Assembly (NCBI GenBank): GCA_027067855.1
Contig: JAMOUX010000011.1
Location: 12,528 to 76,527, forward strand
DNA from: Candidatus Fermentibacteraceae bacterium
GTDB lineage: Bacteria > Fermentibacterota > Fermentibacteria > Fermentibacterales > JCC-6
Direction of reading: 5' to 3'
DNA: 64,000 nucleotides
Part shown: piece after piece, positions 58,801 to 64,000 of the stretch
How positions within the stretch are numbered: position 1 is the first letter of the stretch
Layout: every line of letters begins with the position of its first letter
Made by a program: the position numbers and the translations under genes
The notes under the pieces: generated by a model
Told to the model about the DNA's origin: nothing
The model's database searches: none
Seen by the model: only the letters and a program-made list of their open reading frames with translations

Positions 58801-60118
58801 GGTAGAACAATCCCGCGTGGACTTCCAGGGGTCCGTGCCCGATGCTTGTATGATATATTTCGTCCGGCAGGGCTTCCCGTATCTGTCCGGTGGCATCCTG
58901 GACGGTCCAGGATGACGCCCGGCCTCCGAAAATGCCCGCCACTCCCGATTGCAGGCCCAGGTGATGGGAGAACAGGTATTCCAGAATGACATCGGCCACG
59001 GCGGCGACGGTGACCGCCGAGGCGTCCGAAACCACTTCCGGGGACCGTACGGCCTGCATGTGGAACAAGAGGTCTCCCCCGGCTTCCAGCCTCAGGCCCA
59101 ACTCGGGGCTCCTCAGGGGAATTCTCAGACCTCCCAAAAGTTCCACTCCCACCATAGATGAATGCTCCAGTCCTCCAGCCCGGATCCCTCCCCGTAAGGC
59201 GGGACCCCATTTCGCGGTTCCAACCCCAACCCTGAGGCATCCCATCAGCGCTTCGCCGTCGGATTCCAAGCCTTCACCCATCTCCAGCGACGTCCACATT
59301 CCGCCGTATTCCATGTACAGCGTAGCCGGGGCGGAGTGTTCCACGGCCACGACCGTGCCGCCATTCACCAAGTACCCCGAGATGAGCCTGGCCCTGGCCG
59401 TACCTCCGGAAACCCGCATCACCTGCATCAGCCCCCTGCTTTTCAGCGTCTCGTACTCCGAAGGATCGTCGGGAATGTCACGGGCAACCGCCATGACCGT
59501 CATGACGGTTCCCTTCTCCAGTCCGACCGTGGCTCCGATCGGAATCGTGAATACCCGCCTGTCGGAAGCGGTGAAGGTAAGCTGCAGCGGAAAGATTTCC
59601 ATCAGCGCCCTGTCCGCCAGCATACCAGCCGCTCTGCGCGCCATCTCGTGCACGTCGATGCTGAAGGGACTGCGGCCTTCCCTCTCGACCACATGATCCA
59701 GGGTTCCGATAAGGTGTCCCGAAGACGAATAGAAGCGTCCCAGGACTTCGACATCGATTTTCACCATGGTCACCAGGGAATCGTCGATGGAGACCGTGCG
59801 CTCCGTGGTGTCGGGATCCAGGAATTCCAGGGCCATGACCACGTCCAGGTCGTAACGCGACGCCAGGTTCTTAAGAGAATCGAGCAGGAGGGCGGGGGAA
59901 GTGAGCAGGAAGGCGTCTTCTCCCAGTTCCACCACGTCGAACCTGCCGCTTTCCTCCATTTTGTCACCCGCGGCCTTCATGATATCGCCGTCCGGAACGA
60001 AGCCGTCGAAATCTATCGAAACCACGGCCAGCTTGGGCAGGTCGGAGGAAAAAGCGGCGGAGACCGCCATCGAGGTTGCCAGAATAATGGAAAGAACGAA
60101 AGTACGATACATATTCAC
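58790..60118 (-). CDS. Hypothetical secreted outer-membrane beta-rich protein (ends in C-terminal Phe), downstream of an ECF sigma/anti-sigma pair
   Basis: Signal peptide MNMYRTFVLSIILATSMAVSAA. The C-terminus ...GLFYLIF is an OMP-like signature. ATGA overlap with the anti-sigma gene. Confidence 0.4.
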   Translation of the reverse strand: MNMYRTFVLSIILATSMAVSAAFSSDLPKLAVVSIDFDGFVPDGDIMKAAGDKMEESGRFDVVELGEDAFLLTSPALLLDSLKNLASRYDLDVVMALEFLDPDTTERTVSIDDSLVTMVKIDVEVLGRFYSSSGHLIGTLDHVVEREGRSPFSIDVHEMARRAAGMLADRALMEIFPLQLTFTASDRRVFTIPIGATVGLEKGTVMTVMAVARDIPDDPSEYETLKSRGLMQVMRVSGGTARARLISGYLVNGGTVVAVEHSAPATLYMEYGGMWTSLEMGEGLESDGEALMGCLRVGVGTAKWGPALRGGIRAGGLEHSSMVGVELLGGLRIPLRSPELGLRLEAGGDLLFHMQAVRSPEVVSDASAVTVAAVADVILEYLFSHHLGLQSGVAGIFGGRASSWTVQDATGQIREALPDEIYHTSIGHGPLEVHAGLFYLIF

Positions 60119-61017
60119 TCCCGGTCCGGCGGCGGTTCCCCGTCGAAAAGGTCTTCCAGTTCGGATACCGGCACGAAAAACACCGTATCCGAGAATTCCC
60201 AGCCAATATACTCATCCCAACCGGAAACGAGGGAATCCAGTAATTCAGCCGTTGCGCTGTCGGGCCGACCGTCGGGATCGAACACCAGTTTAACGGTATC
60301 GGCGGCCCGGGAAGCAATCGTCATGGTGGAAGCGATCCCGGTTTCGAGGTCGCCAGGGGGTTCCACCGGCGAAATCCCGTCGACGGAAAGTAACCGTGGG
60401 GATGCGGAAACCTTGTCTTCCTCCAAAAGCGCTTCCCCCGCCTCCGTCGCTCCGGACAGAAGCATACCGGCCCCGTCGTTCCCGGCCGCGTAAGCGGATG
60501 GTCCGGATCCGCGAAGAGCCGGTAATTCCTCCGCCGGGCCTCCTTCGGACTCAACCGGGGAAAATCCGTCCCGGGCCCTTGCCGCTTCCTCTTTCCGTAC
60601 CTTTTCTTCCACCTCCACCGGAATCGTTTCCGCCGCCGGCCCGTCGCGGTATGCCCCTGGAACCGGGCCTGCATCCGGCGGGACATTTTCTCTCCCGGGG
60701 ATCACGGACCCCGACAGGAGAATCAGCTTCAAGCCCAGGAGGACCGCGATCAGTCCGGCTGCGGCGGGCAGAATGAACCGCCGGCGTGATTTTCCTTCGC
60801 CGATCCTCCGGAAGGTCTCTTCCTCCATTCTCTCGAACACGCTCCCGCCGGGCGGAACGTACGCGTTCCTCCAACTCTCCTCGAGCCTTTCCTGGGATCT
60901 TACCAGCGCCCTGCACCGGCTGCACGATTCCAGGTGTTTCTTCACCGTCTTTGCGGTATCATCCGGCAGTTCACGGTCCATGTACCGCATAAGGGTAGCG
61001 AAATCCGGGCAATTCAT
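60115..61017 (-). CDS. Anti-sigma factor, zf-HC2-type N-terminal zinc finger plus single TM
   Basis: CPDFATLMRYMDRELPDDTAKTVKKHLESCSRCR (C...H...C..C), TM helix (FILPAAAGLIAVLLGLKLILL). Overlaps the ECF sigma stop. Confidence 0.65.
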   Translation of the reverse strand: MNCPDFATLMRYMDRELPDDTAKTVKKHLESCSRCRALVRSQERLEESWRNAYVPPGGSVFERMEEETFRRIGEGKSRRRFILPAAAGLIAVLLGLKLILLSGSVIPGRENVPPDAGPVPGAYRDGPAAETIPVEVEEKVRKEEAARARDGFSPVESEGGPAEELPALRGSGPSAYAAGNDGAGMLLSGATEAGEALLEEDKVSASPRLLSVDGISPVEPPGDLETGIASTMTIASRAADTVKLVFDPDGRPDSATAELLDSLVSGWDEYIGWEFSDTVFFVPVSELEDLFDGEPPPDRE

Positions 61018-61622
61018 TCGTATTCCTCCAGCAACGCCCCCAGTTCCTTTCTGACTGCGGCCCTGGCCCTGTTCAGCCTGGACATGACCGTTCCGAGGGG
61101 TATGTCGAGGCTCTCGGCTATCTCCGTGTAACTCATCCGCCGGTCCACCCTCAGCACGAACACCGCCCTGAGAGAAGGAGTCAGCTTCTCCACGGCCCTG
61201 TCCACCGCCCGGGCGAGCCTCCCGGCCTCTTCCGACTCCGCGACATCGTCACGTAACCGCTCACGGTCTCCCCTTCCAACGGACTCGTCGAAAACCGACT
61301 CACTTCTTCGCTTCTTTTTCCGGGCGAGGTTGATGGCCAGGTTAGTGGTGATCCTGTACATCCAGGTGAAAAACCTGAAGCGGGTGTCGAACCTGTCCAT
61401 CGCCTCCATGGCTCTGAGAAAAGCATCCTGCGTCACGTCCCAGGCATCGTCGTCATTGGAACACATCCTCCTCGCAACCCTGTATACCCTGTCGGCGTAC
61501 TTCCGGAACAATTCTCCGAACGCATCCCTGTCGCCGCTAGCGGCCCTTTCCAGCAGATCCAGATCCGGATTCGGGTCGCGGTCCCCCGCCGCAAGCACCC
61601 ACAGTGATACAAACGGAATCAT
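61014..61622 (-). CDS. RNA polymerase sigma-70 factor, ECF subfamily
   Basis: Region 2 (FGELFRKYADRVYRVARRMCSNDDDAWDVTQDAFLRA) and region 4 HTH (MSYTEIAESLDIPLGTVMSRLNRAR). Confidence 0.85.
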   Translation of the reverse strand: MIPFVSLWVLAAGDRDPNPDLDLLERAASGDRDAFGELFRKYADRVYRVARRMCSNDDDAWDVTQDAFLRAMEAMDRFDTRFRFFTWMYRITTNLAINLARKKKRRSESVFDESVGRGDRERLRDDVAESEEAGRLARAVDRAVEKLTPSLRAVFVLRVDRRMSYTEIAESLDIPLGTVMSRLNRARAAVRKELGALLEEYE

Positions 61623-61635
61623 GTTCCATTCCCTC

Positions 61636-62091
61636 TCAGAAACGGAAGAAAAGCTCGGCCCCGAGGCCGGTCTCCTTCCGGAAGACCTCGTTCTCGGTCT
61701 CGAAGGAGTAGAGATAGGCGTCCACGTAAGCGTCCAGCATTCCGAACAACCATGCCGCCGAAGTGTACCAGATCAAGTCGAGCCGTCTCGAGACGTGTCT
61801 CAGGTACGAGGCATCATCCCCCGACGACCTCGCCTCCAGGGCGGCCAGATGCTCCGCCAGCAGCCATCCCAGCAGGCCCAGTTCGACGGAACCCATGACG
61901 ATCCCCTTGACCGGACGCTCGTTGTAAAACTGTCCCCACCCCGGAATTACCGCGGACCTGAGCAATGCGCCGGTCGGATTTTTCTTCTCCACCATGGGAA
62001 TACCCGTGTCCCGGCGCACGCTGTCCCGCCCAGCGGGCACATCATCTTCGCCGGACGAAGGCTCCGTCGCCGCGAACAAGCAGCATACCAT
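61636..62091 (-). CDS. Hypothetical protein (possibly DUF5683-like)
   Basis: IPGWGQFYNERPVKG plus a hydrophobic helix. ORF only. Confidence 0.35.
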   Translation of the reverse strand: MVCCLFAATEPSSGEDDVPAGRDSVRRDTGIPMVEKKNPTGALLRSAVIPGWGQFYNERPVKGIVMGSVELGLLGWLLAEHLAALEARSSGDDASYLRHVSRRLDLIWYTSAAWLFGMLDAYVDAYLYSFETENEVFRKETGLGAELFFRF

Positions 62092-62105
62092 GAAAAACAG
62101 TGCCG

Positions 62106-62867
62106 TCAGGTAACGACCCCCCTGGAACTGTTCAGTATGAAATCCGCAAGGTACCCGTCGTCTTCCGGACGGGAGTCGTCCTCCAGGATACGCCTGGCCT
62201 TGTCCGTAACGGTTCCATCGGACCTGAACAGGTACCTGTAGAGCCGCCTTAGGTTTTCCAGGCGCTCACCGGATATGCCTTTCCTGCGCAGGCCCACCGA
62301 GTTGAGAGAGATTACCGCCAGGGGGTTCCCGGCCACCAGTACGAAAGGAGGCACATCCCGGTTCACCCGGAATCCTCCTCCCACCATGGCGTACTTTCCT
62401 ATTCTCACGAATTGGTGTACGGGCACCACTCCCCCGATGGTGACATCATCCTCTATCACCACGTGTCCGGCCATGTTCACGGCGTTCGCAAGGATGACCC
62501 TGTCACCTATCACGCAATCGTGGGCAATGTGGACGTAAGCCATAACCAGGCAGTCCGAACCCACCACGGTGCGCCCCGATTCCACCGTTCCCCTGTTTAT
62601 GTTGGCGAATTCACGTATGACGGTACGATCACCGATGACGAGTTCGGTCCTCTCCCCCTCGTACTTCAGGTCCTGGGGATCCGTCCCCACCACGGCGGAA
62701 GGACCTATGCGGACATCGTTTCCCAGAGTGCAGGGCCCCCGCACAAAGGCATGCGCCCCCACCACCACTCCGCTTCCCATTCGAACCTCCGGGCCTATCA
62801 CGGCGTAAGGTCCCACGGTCACGTCACCGGGAAGTTTCGATTCCACTACAGCGGTGGGATGTATCAT
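62106..62867 (-). CDS. lpxA: Acyl-ACP--UDP-N-acetylglucosamine O-acyltransferase
   Basis: MIHPTAVVESKLPGDVTVGPYAVIGPEVRMG... shows left-handed beta-helix hexapeptide repeats, with a C-terminal helical domain. Start at the internal Met (62867), giving ATGA overlap with lpxC-fabZ. Confidence 0.85.
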   Translation of the reverse strand: MIHPTAVVESKLPGDVTVGPYAVIGPEVRMGSGVVVGAHAFVRGPCTLGNDVRIGPSAVVGTDPQDLKYEGERTELVIGDRTVIREFANINRGTVESGRTVVGSDCLVMAYVHIAHDCVIGDRVILANAVNMAGHVVIEDDVTIGGVVPVHQFVRIGKYAMVGGGFRVNRDVPPFVLVAGNPLAVISLNSVGLRRKGISGERLENLRRLYRYLFRSDGTVTDKARRILEDDSRPEDDGYLADFILNSSRGVVT

Positions 62868-64000
62868 TTTTTCTTCACCAGCATGGCCATGAGCATGGCT
62901 TCCGCCGCCACCTTTCCGTCCACCCTGGCCACTCCCTTCATTTTGCACATGGGCCCCCTCCTCTGAACCATTTCAAGTTCGAAGATCAATTGATCTCCCG
63001 GCCATACCGGGTTCCTGAAGCGCACCTTGTCCAGGCCAGTGAAGTATACCAACCATTCGGAAGGATCGTCGACGGAGTTGAAGAGCATCAGACCCCCGAC
63101 CTGGCCCATCGCCTCGATCACGAGCACCCCGGGCATTATCGGCCTCCCGGGAAAATGTCCCTGGAAAAAGGCCTCATTGATCGAAACGTTCTTCAACCCC
63201 ACTATCCTCTTGTCGGGCTCGACCTCCAGTATCCTGTCCACCAGGAGGAACGGGTACCTGTGGGGCAGCAGGGACATTATGTCGGTCACATCCCACTTCC
63301 CATCCGTCAACAAATCGGTCCCACTCTTCCTGCACGTCCGGTATATCGCCCGGACAAGTTCTATATTGGATGCGTGCCCGGATTTCGCCGAGATGATGTG
63401 CCCTTTCAGCCTGGCGCCCAAGAGGGACAGGTCCCCCAGGAGGTCAAGTATCTTGTGTCTGACGAACTCGTCCGGAAACCTGAGGGGCGTGTCGTTCATG
63501 ATACCGTCGTCGCTCACCACCACCGCGTTGTCCAGTGTTCCCCCCTTTATGAGGTCCTTCTCCTGGAGTTGTTTCACATCTTCATACAGACAAAAGGTCC
63601 TGGCGGGAGCTATCTCGTCCCTGAAAGTCTCCGGGGTAATGTCCAGGGACAGGTACTGGGTTCCCAGTACCGGATGATCGAAATCTATGGTGAAACTCAC
63701 TTTCAGTCCGTCGTAGGGCACGGCGGTGAGGGTGGCTCCGAAAGCTTCCACGTTAACGGGCCTGTCTATGGTAATGACCTTGCAGGGTTTTTCGAGTTCA
63801 ACGACACCGGCTTCTTCCAGCACTTTCAGGTAACTCCGCACCGATCCGTCGCTGGGTTCGGGAGGCTCGTCGGAATCGATCTCGATGATGCAGTTGTCTA
63901 TTTCCAGGCCGTACAACGCCGAGAGTACGTGCTCCACCGTATGAACCTCGTAATAATCGCAACCCAGGGTGGTACGCCTCGACTGTTCCTCAACCTGCCT
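62864..64000 (-). CDS. lpxC-fabZ: Bifunctional UDP-3-O-acyl-GlcNAc deacetylase / 3-hydroxyacyl-ACP dehydratase (LpxC-FabZ fusion), N-terminus beyond the right window edge
   Basis: LpxC region (HTVEHVLSALYGLEIDNCIIE ... HKILDLLGDLSLLG) followed by a FabZ hotdog (RYPFLLVDRILE...HFPGRPIMPGVLVIEAMGQ). The frame is open to the window end. Confidence 0.85.
   Translation of the reverse strand, partial: RQVEEQSRRTTLGCDYYEVHTVEHVLSALYGLEIDNCIIEIDSDEPPEPSDGSVRSYLKVLEEAGVVELEKPCKVITIDRPVNVEAFGATLTAVPYDGLKVSFTIDFDHPVLGTQYLSLDITPETFRDEIAPARTFCLYEDVKQLQEKDLIKGGTLDNAVVVSDDGIMNDTPLRFPDEFVRHKILDLLGDLSLLGARLKGHIISAKSGHASNIELVRAIYRTCRKSGTDLLTDGKWDVTDIMSLLPHRYPFLLVDRILEVEPDKRIVGLKNVSINEAFFQGHFPGRPIMPGVLVIEAMGQVGGLMLFNSVDDPSEWLVYFTGLDKVRFRNPVWPGDQLIFELEMVQRRGPMCKMKGVARVDGKVAAEAMLMAMLVKKK

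Overview
High-GC (~60-68%) chromosomal window from a diderm (Gram-negative) bacterium. Coding density is very high. Most genes are on the minus strand in tightly packed arrays, often with overlapping stop/start codons.

Housekeeping content. mfd (C-terminus off-window), M23 peptidase, upp, tyrS, dapA-dapB, nadD, bamD, rimO, lolA-like, ftsK, aroK, dprA, obg, lptF-lptG, serC, ligA, a GH57 glucan enzyme, an ECF sigma/anti-sigma pair, lpxA and a fused lpxC-fabZ (runs off the right edge).

Most unusual region, 24.5-48 kb. This is a type IV pilus (T4aP) locus with the deltaproteobacterial-type order pilB-pilT-pilC-pilS-pilR-pilA. Here pilB is tandemly duplicated. A DUF2723/TMEM260-like GT-C glycosyltransferase lies between pilR and pilA. 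The locus extends into an island with a second pilin paralog, an ArnT/PMT-like GT-C enzyme, two paralogous ~600-aa polytopic membrane proteins (each convergent on a pilin gene) and a secreted protein. Both pilin genes are preceded by matching sigma54-type -24/-12 elements (GGCATG-N4-ATGC), consistent with the adjacent PilS/PilR-like two-component system, whose regulator carries a GAFTGA motif. A giant (1866 aa) outer-membrane beta-barrel-like protein with Asp-rich Ca-binding-like loops sits directly upstream of the pilB genes.

Other oddities. An HU-family DNA-binding domain fused to a CBM48 glycogen-binding-like domain, translationally coupled to ftsK. An AMMECR1-MEMO1 gene pair lacking the usual radical-SAM partner. 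A second, lower-GC PilT-like ATPase embedded in a housekeeping operon next to NfeD/SPFH.

Not found. No rRNA, tRNA, CRISPR array or mobile element was recognised. The many long plus-strand ORFs over these genes are antisense artefacts of high GC. Derived coordinates (alternative starts, motifs) may be off by 1-3 nt.
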